Notes under the pieces: generated by a model
Seen by the model: only the letters and a program-made list of their open reading frames with translations
Told to the model about the DNA's origin: nothing
Databases searched by the model: none
Made by a program: the position numbers and the translations under genes
In this document: positions 12,290-24,200 of the stretch, piece after piece
How the letters are laid out: each line of letters opens with the position of its first letter
Position numbering within the stretch: the stretch's first letter is position 1
Source of the DNA: Gordius albopunctatus
Lineage: Eukaryota
Assembly (NCBI GenBank): GCA_964276515.1
Contig: OZ193909.1
Coordinates: 744,001 to 808,000 of the forward strand
Direction: 5' to 3'
Length of the DNA: 64,000 nt

Positions 12290-14829
12290 CTATCTTCTAT
12301 ATTCGACCGGTACTCTAACATCAAATCCGAGATCATTCCTTCGCAAATCAAAATCATAGGGTAGCGGAGCCTCAACCGTTAAAATTCCGTCCCTTGCTAA
12401 GTGTGATGTTATTTGTTCGCTCCGAATAGCAGAGGGTAAAGTAAACTCGCGATTGTACTCTCTGTAAGATGATCTAATAAACGAAAAATTAGACGTGACA
12501 ATGGACATTAAGAAGTAAAGTAGTGGATTGATTAAAGTGAGGGAAGGGACAACGGTCACACTGGCCGACTATATTTGAAATGAGTTGTTAAGTGAATTGA
12601 AATAATTATGGGTATAATGCTAAAAATAACTTGTCACTTAGACGAAAATAATTAACAATTTTATGCAAATCGGGGGGGGGGGGGGGGCGCACACAAATGC
12701 TAACGAAAATGCAAAAATAAGGTTATTACTATAAGCGTAGCCAGGGGGCGGCTTCCCCCCTCTAAATCCAAGAATTCTTAAAATTTCAATATAATTATAA
12801 CGAAAATTACAAAAAATTATAATTTTGCCCCTCCCTGAAATTATTGTCCCCCCTCTAAATCCAATCCTGGCTAGGCCCATGGTTATTACTATAACTTTTT
12901 TTAGGCTGCAATAAAAAAAGGATTGTCGTTAATTCGATTCAATTCGTGCCATATGCAAAAGGCCAAGCGTGCCACCACCACCATTAAATTAAAGCACGCT
13001 CAGGCAATTTAACTGAAAAAATAGCTGAAAAACAAAATTTTATAGCAAATAAATAACCCTAATTTAATCATAAGTCCGTCGTTCATGAGCGTAGACAGGA
13101 TCGGATTCGGGGGGGGGGGCAATAATGATTTAGAGAGGGGCAAAAAGATCCTTTTTTAGTGATTCTAGTCATATTTATCTTGAATTTTAAAGGATTCTAC
13201 CACACCCTGACTACTCCCAAGCCGTCGCTTAAATAGAATGCAATTCAAAAAAAGCTTTTAAAAACATATTCGTTATGATCTAAATATAGGTAATCTCACT
13301 AAGAATGCTAATATATATTAAAGTAGATAAACTTCCTTATAAACTAACGAAAACCTCAAGTGCAAAATATAGTTATAATTGAAGTAAAGAGGAGCTTGTT
13401 TTTAAAGATTTAAAGAGCTATATTAAGCTTGAATTTGTGCTTAAAGCTTGATAAGTAAAACTTGCAGAACTTCGAAATGTTGGCGAATTGCTTTAAGTTT
13501 TACTAAGTTATTCCACTAACCTACTAATAACTGAACACGTAACCTCTAGTTAGCGTGGCCCGAGATGCACCTATGGTGTCAGATGGGACTCAATCTTAGC
13601 TTGTCGATTTAGCTAAGCTCTTGTTTGTCATCGGGGCTTATACATACATACACATACATACATACATACAAATTTGAAATTTATATAAAATTTTAAATTA
13701 AATCCCATAATATTTGGCATCGTTATTAATTAATGAATACGGCTTGCTTGACCTAATCTTTGAGGTCATTTTGTAAGAAAGGGCTTAATTAAAATCTGGA
13801 CTTTTAGAAACGTTATATACAAACATACCATTTTCTCAAATTAAGCATTCTTAAAAAGTTTAATCAATTTTTTTAACCCAATCCAAAAGCCTTTGGTCGC
13901 ATATAGAACATTTGAAATTCTTTTAATTTTTACTTCCAGAGCTAAAAAAATTCAGCCTGCCCCTAAGAATGAAAAAAACATTTATAGGGCAAGGAGGAGA
14001 ATATATATTATGCTTTTATACCTTATCTAAGTAATATTTATTTTAAATAAAGTTATGTTATTTTAAAAAATTCCTAATGGGGTTTAATTTCGATATCCTC
14101 TCGGGTCAAAGGGGACTTGAGAATAAGAGGAGTCATCATGGGCGTCGACAGAAGGGGGGGGGGGCAATAATGATTTAAGGAAGGTAAAAATGATCCTTTT
14201 TTGAAATTTTAGCCTTAATTTCAATAAATTTTAAAATATTTTGGATTCAGAGGGGGGCAGCCACCCCTCCCTGCCCCCACCCCCAACCCTTTGGCTACGC
14301 CTATAGCAGGCATTATGGTGAATTACTTATTGGGTCCGACGTCTTCGTGTTTAGCTCGTATCTTGAGGTACTCGTTATCGACGAGTACTTGAATTTCGTC
14401 GGGATGGTACGCGGCCATGTCGAATTGCAATTTCACCATTTTCCTTCCATCCAAACCCGTTTCGACGTAACGCCACTCCGGACTTTTCCCGAACGGTTTC
14501 ACGTCCAACGGCGCACTCTCAAATGGTTCCAATCGACTTTCGGGAAAAGTGGGGGAATATGGGCGCTCCTCGAAACGACTATCTCGACTATCACGTGTAC
14601 TACTGCTGCTAAATGTGTCGTTGTACCGAGACGCGGTAGTACCACGATCGAATAAATCAGGTGATCGAGGTCGATCCAGGCGAAATCTCCTCTTTAAATT
14701 TTCCATTTCCCTTTCCATCTTGTATCGTTCTTCAGCAAATTTTTCTTTCAAAGAATGACTACTCCTAGATTCCCAGCCATGTCTACTTTCACTCTTGACT
14801 GGGATGGATATTTCGCCTCTGTACGACAT
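12290..14829 (-). CDS. Small heat-shock protein (HSP20/alpha-crystallin family), two coding exons
   Basis: Exons 14829-14327 and 12473-12290 (GT-AG, phase 2) give an alpha-crystallin domain: LQFDMAAYHPDEIQVLVDNEYLKIRAKHED...YREYNREFTLP...ITSHLARDGILTVEAP. IxI-like motifs ISIPV (N-terminal) and VRVPV (C-terminal). Confidence 0.92.
12730..12881. mobile_element. hAT-type MITE, CATGGGCGTAGCC family
   Basis: Degenerate TIRs (tataagcgtagcc / ggctaggcccatg) and exact 8-bp TSD GTTATTAC. Confidence 0.8.
13639..13670. repeat. (TACA)n microsatellite, possibly a retroposon 3' tail
   Basis: tatacatacatacacatacatacatacataca follows a GC-richer ~80-bp segment. Confidence 0.7.
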
Positions 14830-15008
14830 TTTATGCTAAAAATGCTATAAAAATAAAATATTGTTTAACTAAGCGAAATTCAATTCATTAAATAGAGGAT
14901 GAAATTAAATATATCGATTTATAATTGCGTTAAAAGCTAAATAAGGTAAACGTGTGATAAAAAAATAGGTTTTAATTTAATATAAAAATACTATTTTGTG
15001 AAGATGAA

Positions 15009-15156
15009 CATGGGGGTAGGCGGGGGGGAGGCAAATTTTTTTCCAACGCAAAAACCCGTAAAAATTAAAAAAAAATTATGATTTGCCCCTCCCCCCTAAT
15101 TGGACTTTTAAACGCTTTGCCCCCCCCCCCTAATCCAAAACCTGGTTACGCCCCTG
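15009..15156. mobile_element. hAT-type MITE, CATGGGCGTAGCC family
   Basis: catggggg...tacgcccctg ends; TSD aagatgaa/aagattaa (one mismatch). Confidence 0.75.
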
Positions 15157-15570
15157 AAGATTAATGACATAAATAAAAAAAATTAGGCATTATAAATATT
15201 TGGAAAACATTCCGATATTGCATTGATTAATATTTATATATAGGAATGCCGATTTTCTGTTTTATAAAGAAATATTAGCAATTATCATGGGATAGCAAAG
15301 AAAATAGTATTATTATGAAAAAATAACATTAAAAATGGGTTTTAAAATAGGGAGACAAATGCGCGAGCTTATGGCATTTATGTAAGATAACTAAATATAA
15401 ATTAAAATTAGGGTAATTTTATAGTCAAAGAATATTTAAATCAAAAATTTATAACCTAAATAACCATTAATTGAACCATTAATAACTAAAATATAATTTT
15501 AACCAAAATAAAAAACTCGAAATTAAAACAATTATTTTAATATATGAAATACATTAAAAATAATACATAC

Positions 15571-15665
15571 TTTTAAATAGAATTAAATGATTTTGATTAA
15601 GTGTCAAACAATGGTGAACAAGAGGAAATCTTTGAGAATATTTGTTAAAATGATTGCTTATATAC
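15571..15665 (-). promoter_or_regulatory. Putative TATA box and non-coding first exon of the sHSP gene
   Basis: Minus-strand TATATAA at ~15664-15658, donor GTATGT at 15570, and acceptor TTTTTAG 6 nt before the ATG. Confidence 0.4.
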
Positions 15666-17327
15666 CACAAAACAACGATATAGATAAGGAGAGAGGGGTT
15701 TAAAATTAGCCGGCGAGATAGGATACAGTTTACTCTCTCTCCTAAAGTTGACTTTTACCGCCCTCTACAAACTGTTTTATTTTACAATTATTCGAGTGAG
15801 TGGCGTATGTTTACCACTCAGGCGTCCAAGGTCAAATTGATGAGTTAATAAAATTTTTATATACAGTATGACAAACGTAAGGCAGGGTTAATACTAACTA
15901 GCTAGGCGCTACTACTGCCTCGCCAATGAAAAATATAGCGTCTGATTGAGAAGAGGGGGGGGGGGGGTGTTATGGTTATTGATCAATAATCGATAATCAA
16001 TCAATCAATAGTTGCTGCCGAATCTATAATAAAATTAATAAGTCTCGGGTTTTTAAACACTATATCTAAATGGCAATATCGTTCAAGAGGGTGACGTTAG
16101 TAAAACAATAAATATTATTTTATATTTAATTTTGGAATTGTCATTTTCTTGATGTTGCATTTCGAAAATATTGTGAAATTTGTAATTAATATTTTTAATT
16201 GTTATAGAGTTGTTTTAAATTAATAAAAAAGATAAATAAAAGGAAGCGAACCCATAAAATGCATAGCAATTAATTAAATACGTTACTTTTATAATATTCC
16301 TGATAAAAACTAAACGCCATATAAGCGTCAATAATTTAATATAAAAGCCAATTTCTTAGGATAAATAGGGTTATAACTACCTGTTGCCAAGTTTGACAAA
16401 TAGATTACTTTAGATTGTAAAAATTTGGCAACACTATTTATGGATGTAGAATTTTTATTTCCTATTGCCAACGTGATTTAACGAATAATATATAAAAAGA
16501 TGAAACAATAAAAACTATAACCCAGTCATATTAATATACTTTTGATATAAAGGGATTATTTTATAGGATGAGCTATAATTTTATAAATGCTTATCTTATA
16601 AGTATTACTTTTTAATCGCATTATAGCTAATATAATAATTTTCTTCGTTTTAGCCAAGAGTTAGGTTAATTATACGCTCTTTAATAAGCGAAATTTAGCC
16701 TAAAGCATCTTTAAATTTCAAAAACGAGCTTCTAACGATACAAATATTGATGTATATCACTAATTTAAATTATTGGAAGAAATAAATTGTAAGTATAAAA
16801 ATTCTTAACAATCTTTTAGGTATTATAAAAATGAAAAAATGTATATAACCATCGAAACATCAAAAATTAAAAACGGGCCATAAAATAATTGAATTAAGAA
16901 AGATAAAAAATTTGGCAGAAACAACTATTTTACAAAATAAATCAAATTTTAAATTGTTAACCTTTTTGTCTCGAATCGCAAATTAAACGACAAAAGGAAT
17001 CGATTTTTTTGACTTGGCGTGGCAAATAACCAACTGCTAGCGAGAGATGAAAGAGTATGACTCATTCGTGATTAATAATAATTGGCATAGCTATCGAATG
17101 ACTCATATTACTTCAAGTTAATTACAACTTTCAAAAAATACTATTTTCATCAAATGTATTATCCCTCATTTATAAATCTGCTGATCCTAATTAGACATTT
17201 TTTAAATGTGAAAGCGGAAAACTAGATTGAAGCAAAATAATGCTAAACTAAGTATAATCTATTATAGCGAAATGTAGGGATGTGTAATGCCTTTCAATAT
17301 ATTAATTATTATTGAATGCCCCCGTTC

Positions 17328-20291
17328 TAGTGTTGTAAAAACGGCTGGCTGGTTTTTCCCAGCGTATTGCTAAGGTTAGTTGTTGGCGTTTTTTTCCACC
17401 CAACCCTATCAGTGTTGGGTGAATTTTCTTGGGAGGGCTTTGGATCAGAAAGAGGGTAAAAAATTGGGGGGGGGTGGGCAAAACACACACCATGCCCCCC
17501 CCCTTCCCCTGCATCAGAAAGAGGGTAAAAAATGGCAAAACTTCACAAAAATATAATTAACTATAATTTATTAGAGATTAGATTATAATACTTTTTACTA
17601 TGACGTAGTGATGGGGAAATAGCGTTTTTAAGGAGCTAAAGCTATAGCACATAGTCACTTTAAGTGCTATAAGCTATAGGAGATGGGAGGTTTGAGGTGC
17701 TATAAGCTATAGGAGATGGGAGTTTGAGGTGCTATGTGCTATAGGAGATGGGAGGTATGAGGTGCTATGTGCTATAGGAGATGGGAGGTTTGAGGTGCTA
17801 TGTGCTATAGGAGATGGGAGTTTGAGGTGCTATGTGCTATAGGAGATGGGAGGTTTGAGGTGCTATGTGCTATAGGAGATGGGAGTTTGAGGTGCTATGT
17901 GCTATAGGAGATGGGAGTTTGAGGTGCTATGTGCTATAGCCGATTGCACTTAAATGCGCTACTCCTATAGCACCGGCGCTAACACTGGGAATAATTTCAA
18001 TGAAAACAATAGAGTTAATATGAACTTGTGTGTAATCTAATAAACAATTTTCCATTAAAAATATATTGTTCGAAAAAACAAAATTAAAAAAGGGTATTAT
18101 TTAACTGCTAAGTAAATAATTACAAATTGCTAAGTAATTTATGCTAAGTATTTTAAATTATAAATTTTAAACAAAATGTTTAATATTTAAAAAAATACTT
18201 TTTTTCAATCGGGGAGGGGGGGGGGTTAATTCAAAACCTAGTTATGCCCTACCCTACCCCATGTTTTTGAGAATAAAAAAATTAAACTCCCCCTTCCCTT
18301 AAGTTAATCCATATCCCATCAGGGCGATTATGTTTCAATCAAAAGGAAAACCTAAGAGTAAGAAGAGTGAACTTTAATGCGTACTCAGATCTCAGAGTCT
18401 GAGTACGCATACTCACTCATGGCATGTTATTTTTATTCAGTCAGTGAGAAAAAGAAAATTAATTTTTCGCTCTCATCTTTAATATCTTTATCCTTTTCTT
18501 CAACTCAACATAAAAATATTAATTTTATGAAAAATAATTATTCACCTGGCTACGACTAGCCCCGGTCACCTCAACATAAAACTTATGTTAAGAATATTTA
18601 AAAAAGGTTATGGTTGGTCACTAATTAATAACCAATATAAATCCGACTTAAATAACAAATTTAATCTTTAAGTGTAATATTTCCAATGTGTTTTATATCA
18701 GCCGGTTAAAGTACTTATTTTATGTTACATTTGGGAAATATAATAAAAGATTTCCCAAGTGAGATATCTTTATCAACGTCTATATGAAAACACACTCGTT
18801 AAAAATCACAAACTACGATAACTTTATTTTCGACCATTTCGCATTATATATATATTAGTTATATTGATAAATATAATAAAACAGGCAAATATTTTGTTAA
18901 TTATTGACGTAGATTCCTTTCCAGCTATTCATGCATAGCATTTGGTTTAAGGAAGTTGGAGATCCGTGACCTTTTCTTCGTAATTATGACTCAGCTCAGA
19001 CTTAGAGTGTCTGAGTCTGAGTACGCAAACGCATAAAAGTTCACTCAATAGTATTGTTTTCCTTTTAATTGAAACATATTAACTTAAGGAAAGGGGAGTT
19101 TAATTTTTTTATTCTCAAAAACATGGGCGTAGGGCATAACTAGGTTTTGAATTAAGGGGGGGGGGGCAAACGATTAAAATAAAAGTTGAATTAGGGAGGG
19201 GCTAAATAAAAAAAATTATTAATTTGTAAGGGTTTTTTTACATTGGAAAATATTTTTTTCCGTCATTCAGAGGGGGGCGGGGCGACTTATTGATAAAATA
19301 AATGTAGAAGCAATGCAAAATAAAATTAAAGTCATAAATTTAATTAAATATTTATATTAAAATAAGTCTTAGTTAGATGGTAAGATAGGGCAAAAAAATT
19401 ATATTCAGATGTATTTTAATATTTAATAAAAACAAAATAAACAATTAAAAAAATTATTCCCAGTGTTAGCGCCGGTGCTATAGGAGTAGCGCATTTAAGT
19501 GCAATCGGCTATAGCACATAGCACCTCAAACTCCCATCTCCTATAGCACATAGCACCTCAAACTCCCATCTCCTATAGCACATAGCACCTCAAACTCCCA
19601 TCTCCTATAGCACATAGCACCTCAAACCTCCCATCTCCTATAGCACATAGCACCTCAAACTCCCATCTCCTATAGCACATAGCACCTCAAACCTCCCATC
19701 TCCTATAGCACATAGCACCTCATACCTCCCATCTCCTATAGCTCATAGCACCTCAAACCTCCCATCTCCTATAGCTCTAGCACCTCAAACCTCCCATCTC
19801 CTATAGCTTATAGCACTTAAAGTGACTATGTGCTAGTAGACATAGCGTATTTAATAGGCTATTCTATTCCCATCAGCGGGGAGGTGCTAAGCGCGCTAGT
19901 GCTAAGCGTTTTCCCACCACTACTATGACGTCACAATGGGAAAAGTTTCCAATCAGTGACGTCATGATACATCTATTTTTATTTTCTTAAAAGTTCATTA
20001 ACTAAATCTAAATACAAACAAATTGATATATTTGCATGCCCAACCCAAAACGACCAAAACCAAACCAAAAGGTTAAATATATTATCCACCCAAACCCTTT
20101 AGGTGTTTAATACACCCAAACCTAAACGCCAAGGGTGGCCCACAAAAAAACACCCAAAACGCTTTGGGTGTTTTTTACGAAAACGCCAAAGCCCTCCCAA
20201 GAAAATTCACCTAACACTGATAGGGTTGGGTGAAAAAAAACGCCAACGCTTGCAGGCGACCAATAGAAACCCTTGGTTTTTTACAACACTA
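17328..20291. mobile_element. Outer hAT-type non-autonomous element (TAGTGTTGTAAAAA TIR)
   Basis: TIRs tagtgttgtaaaaa / tttttacaacacta, ~100-bp inverted subterminal similarity, and exact 8-bp TSD CCCCGTTC (17320-17327, 20292-20299). Confidence 0.88.
17606..19922. mobile_element. Inner foldback-like hAT-type element with inverted minisatellite arms
   Basis: TAGTG...CACTA ends and exact 8-bp TSD CTATGACG. Arms carry 8 (left) and 9 (right, inverted) copies of a 32-33-bp unit GTGCTATGTGCTATAGGAGATGGGA(G)GTTTGAG. Further inverted blocks at ~18220-18410 and ~19000-19165. Confidence 0.88.
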
Positions 20292-20585
20292 CCCCGTTCT
20301 ATAAAACACATATAATTATGATTTATATTTAAATGAATTTTGACATGGCGAATAATATACGCGACGACATATGAATTTTAATCTAAATTATCGAATTTCG
20401 GACAATATCCAAAATCTAAAAATATTGCACTATGCTTATTTATCAAAGTCTTCCAAACAACAACCATAACGACGCTTCCAAATGCGTTTGAGGGCGCTAG
20501 CTCGGAAACTGTCTTAAGCCTACTCCAAAATGATAACAGTTATAAAAAGCTACACAAAAAGCTAGGGCACCCTCAAACGACGCGC

Positions 20586-20888
20586 CGTTTTTAAGGAGCT
20601 AAAGCTATAGCACATAGCAACCATATGCCGCTATGTCTATTAGCACATAGTCACTTTAAGTGCTATAAGCTTTAGGAGATGGGAGGTTTGAGGCGCTAAA
20701 GCTATAGCTCTAGCGCATTTAGGCGCTAGCATTGATAATAATCTTTTTAATTGTTAATAGATATAGAAATAAAAGAAAGGATGGTGGCGCACAACAGATG
20801 TATTTTAATATCTAATAAACTATTAGAAAAATATTATCAATGTTAGCGCCGTGCTATAGCTCTGGCGCATTTAAGTGCGCTATCGGCT
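20586..20888. repeat. Short relative of the foldback element with a single repeat unit
   Basis: cgtttttaaggagctaaagctatagcacatag, one ggagatgggaggtttgag unit, and the inner arm ends. Confidence 0.7.
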
Positions 20889-20907
20889 TGGGCTGTCTTG
20901 CAATTTT

Positions 20908-23406
20908 ATGGTGAGCTTAATAATGGATTGACAGGAATACATATGCAATTGTTAAGTGGGATTTATAAAGGTTGAAGGCTGTTGAGAAACTCGTTCAATA
21001 AAATTGTTTAAACAGATAGATGATTTATGGTTGTTCCAAAGATTTAATATGATTTTTGTGCTCCGAAATATTGCATGTCTAAATTTTAAATTGGCGACTC
21101 TGAAATACAATATTCGGTTAACCTAATGGCCTTTTACACTTGCGGGGAGATGGCAAATATATATGGGGCTGACTCTAACTTTAAATTCGTCGTTTTCTAA
21201 ATGCTTATTGCTTGACCTTTATTTATGGATCTCTGGTAAGGCTATTCCTCGACTTGAGTTTAAAAGTCAGAATTTTTATAATTATTACATTAACAAAAAT
21301 CCGCAGGTGAAATAACGGATCCATTGCAAAATGTAGCACATAAAAGAGATATTATTAAATCTCCTCCCGTTCCAGCCATTCTAAATCGATTGCTGCGGGA
21401 AAAGGGATCAAATGAATTGACTGCGGCCCCGGGCAAAGAAAATCGCCGTTTATCAGATTTACGCCCATCTCGGTCACCAACATCCTCCATTCAATTAGGT
21501 CATGTAAAATCGCCCAGAGAAATGACCACTTCCAACACGATTAAAAGCCCTAGCTCAAAAAAACTAAGTAAAAAAGGCAAGGATGTGGGCAAAGAGAGAG
21601 AAAAGGTTTTGAAGCAAACTGCCAAGAGTAAAGCCCACTTGACATCTCCTCTATCCCACCCTCCAAAGGTTTTTCCATCTAAATAATCTAACCGTCTCTC
21701 AATAATTTTCCAGTCTATATATTTCAGTTAATTTAGAATTAAAGCTTATTTATTTTAATTAACTTTAATTGACGAAAAATACGAATTTGCGATTTCTTAG
21801 ACTATTCTGCAAGAACCCATCGTTGGGGGCGATAGCGTAGGAGAAGCGATCAAACCAGTAAAACAACGGGTTCGGAAAGCGAAAGAAAAGGTAAAATAAA
21901 TATAATGCACAATTTTTAAACGGGTACAAGTTTCATCGGTCATATTTAAAGACTTGAGGATCTATAATTCATATGCGTTAAATATGATGTAATTCGCAAC
22001 TAACGACAAAATCTTCGTAGAAACTTAAGTCCAATCTTAAGCGGCCTCTTGGATATTAGCAATTTAATTACTCTTAAACAAACACCTTCGATACATTAAT
22101 ATTATTAACGCCTAGGTCAAAAATTTGTTCACGGAAAATTCTGCACTTGACAGCCGAGATGAAAGGGGGATATATAACGATCCCCATGATCCTTCTTTTA
22201 CCCTTAAAGAAGTTAAAAAGAAGAAGAAAGGGTCCACCGCGACAGCCGCGATTAAAATGGTTAAAAGTGCCAAAAGTGAGAAAAAGTTTGCGAGAAATGG
22301 GAAAAGTAAGGGAGTTAAAAAAGCTAATGCTAACTCGATCCCGCTGCTGGCAACAGAGCCCATCAATTTATTTGTTTCACGAGGAGAGTTTAATGATGAG
22401 GATGCTTTCAGGATTGTAACACCGGTCGTGACCACCACTCCAACAACAACTCCTTCTATCGCCTCCACATCGTTTGGCAAAGAGACCAATCACCTCGTCA
22501 AACGCCGGGCCGCTTCCCGGGTTAGTTCCTACGCCGAACCTAGCATCATTAAGTAAGCCTTTTCCCATCCTTAAACCTTCACCTCACTCTTTTATTTGTG
22601 TGCATGGCAGAAAAATTCGGCAAGGAGATCCTGGAACTTGTGATATTTACCGGAACGTGGAATGAAGATTGGGGCCATTAATTCCTAATTTTATGTAATA
22701 GATACATATTGGTTTAACACACATGCTGCCTAGAAAATGTGTCATGCATTTTACTATTTATTTATATATAATAAAGTCCATCCTACTTCTGTGTAAAATG
22801 ATTTGTCATTAGGCTTATCAAAATTGGGCCTCATTTTTTATAGAATGCCTGCTGTTACTTCATTAACCCGACAGGGACCACTGATTTTTGCACGGTTAAA
22901 TTTGATAAAAAAAAAGGTTTCTAGGGTCACTAGGGTATAGTAACAACAAATTAACTGAAATCTTTTTGAAAAATAATGGCCCCGGGTAGATAGAGGGGAA
23001 GGCCAAAAATGCAACTTAAAATTTTTATTAAAATCAGATACAATATAATTAATTATAATTCATGATAGGTCGCCCAACATTTTAAATGCAATCCGGCGTT
23101 ACAATGTGAACATTTTAGGCGAGTGGCCTTCTTACAAACTTTACAACGCCTCTGAGCACAGGGTTCTTTTTGATCCTTTGTTGTTATGTTAGATTTATAT
23201 TTCGTTAAACTGGGATACACGTTTCTTTTGGGTTGAATACCATAATTGCTGAAATATGACATCACAATCGATCTTCGGAAGTTGCACAATGACTGATAAT
23301 CATTGTTTGAGTTGTAAATTCGCCATGCATTTTGGCAGGCCGCATCTATTCCAAATGCTAACAAAGGAAAATACCATTTTTTACCTCTGTAAGAAATTCT
23401 TGTAGA
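20908..23406 (+). repeat. Left arm of a ~2.5-kb inverted duplication (partner 29926-32410)
   Basis: Identical ORF translations on opposite strands with mirrored coordinates summing to 53332. A 14-bp indel and a few SNPs occur only near the outer end. Confidence 0.97.
21307..22665 (+). pseudogene. Partial duplicate of shugoshin: last four exons only (SGO motif, no coiled coil)
   Basis: Exons 21307-21668, 21801-21890, 22116-22552 and 22611-22665 mirror the 3' exons of the gene at 30667-34640. The duplication breakpoint lies in the upstream intron. Confidence 0.8.
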
Positions 23407-24200
23407 ATACTTTGTTATTTCTTTGAATCTGTTGCGGCGTATTCCATATGAAACCATTTGATTGTAAGAATCGGATTTTAATTCCCAACACATTTTAATA
23501 TTTTTCGGAGTCAAATATCCAGTAAGAAGATGGCAATATAAATTTTAAGCTCCTACTTTGTAAAGTTCAAATTTATATTGTGCTGTTTAGCGTATAGATT
23601 TGTCATTTCTACAATGAATGTCACAATTTCATCGGTAAAAACTTGTTCGAAATAATCTTCTGTGGTTGGTAAATTCATGACATCGACGTCAGTCCTATCA
23701 TCTTCTTTGCGACGACACGGGGAAAAACCTTTTCATCATCTTGCCAATTTAAATTATCTTTAATGGATGTACGCTCTAGGTCTGAGGAACGGATGACCTC
23801 AATAGAAGACGTAAGCATTGATCTTGGTAAATGATCCAAATCAGCCTCAATTTCATCGCCACTTTCTTGGTCAGTGTCACCATCGTTGATTGGAGGAAAT
23901 ATGATAACTTGTTCCACATTTAAATTAGAATATTCTACTTCTTCGAAAAGGTCATTTAATGTTATACATAAAATATTTTTAAAAATTTATAATAAAATTA
24001 AATTATATTACAGACACAAAATTAAACGTCTTTTTGACTTTTTTTATTTTTGCTGTAAATGAAATTAAGGAATGAGGACCAAGACTTAATAAAAGAAGGC
24101 CTACAAAAGTTTAATTAAATAAAATATAGCTTAGGTGCTAACAAACAACGTTAAAAACGCCAAAAACTACGTAAATATCTTATTGTTCAAAAATGCCCTT
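22867..24200 (-). mobile_element. piggyBac remnant with an in-frame 723-bp internal deletion (5' boundary approximate)
   Basis: TTAA|CCCGACAGGG terminus, N-terminal IIFPPINDGDTDQESGDE, fusion EITKY|STRISYRGKKWY, and C-terminal Cys-rich RRCKVC..KCSHC..LHLKCWATYH. Confidence 0.88.

Noticed and set aside
14347..14758. Plus-strand ORFs overlapping the sHSP exon (likewise the antisense ORFs over shugoshin, Gypsy and GBE1)
   Set aside because: These are shadow frames of real coding sequence on the other strand.
15600..16000. Heat-shock element upstream of the sHSP gene
   Set aside because: I found no convincing array of three alternating nGAAn units.
17664..19815. 32-33-bp repeats as a CRISPR array
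   Set aside because: Units are directly adjacent with no unique spacers, there are no cas genes, and the context is eukaryotic. They are subterminal repeats of a transposon.
23053..23514. Domesticated piggyBac-derived gene
   Set aside because: The open frame results from a deletion of the catalytic core. Upstream stops and frameshifts are shared with the dead copy.
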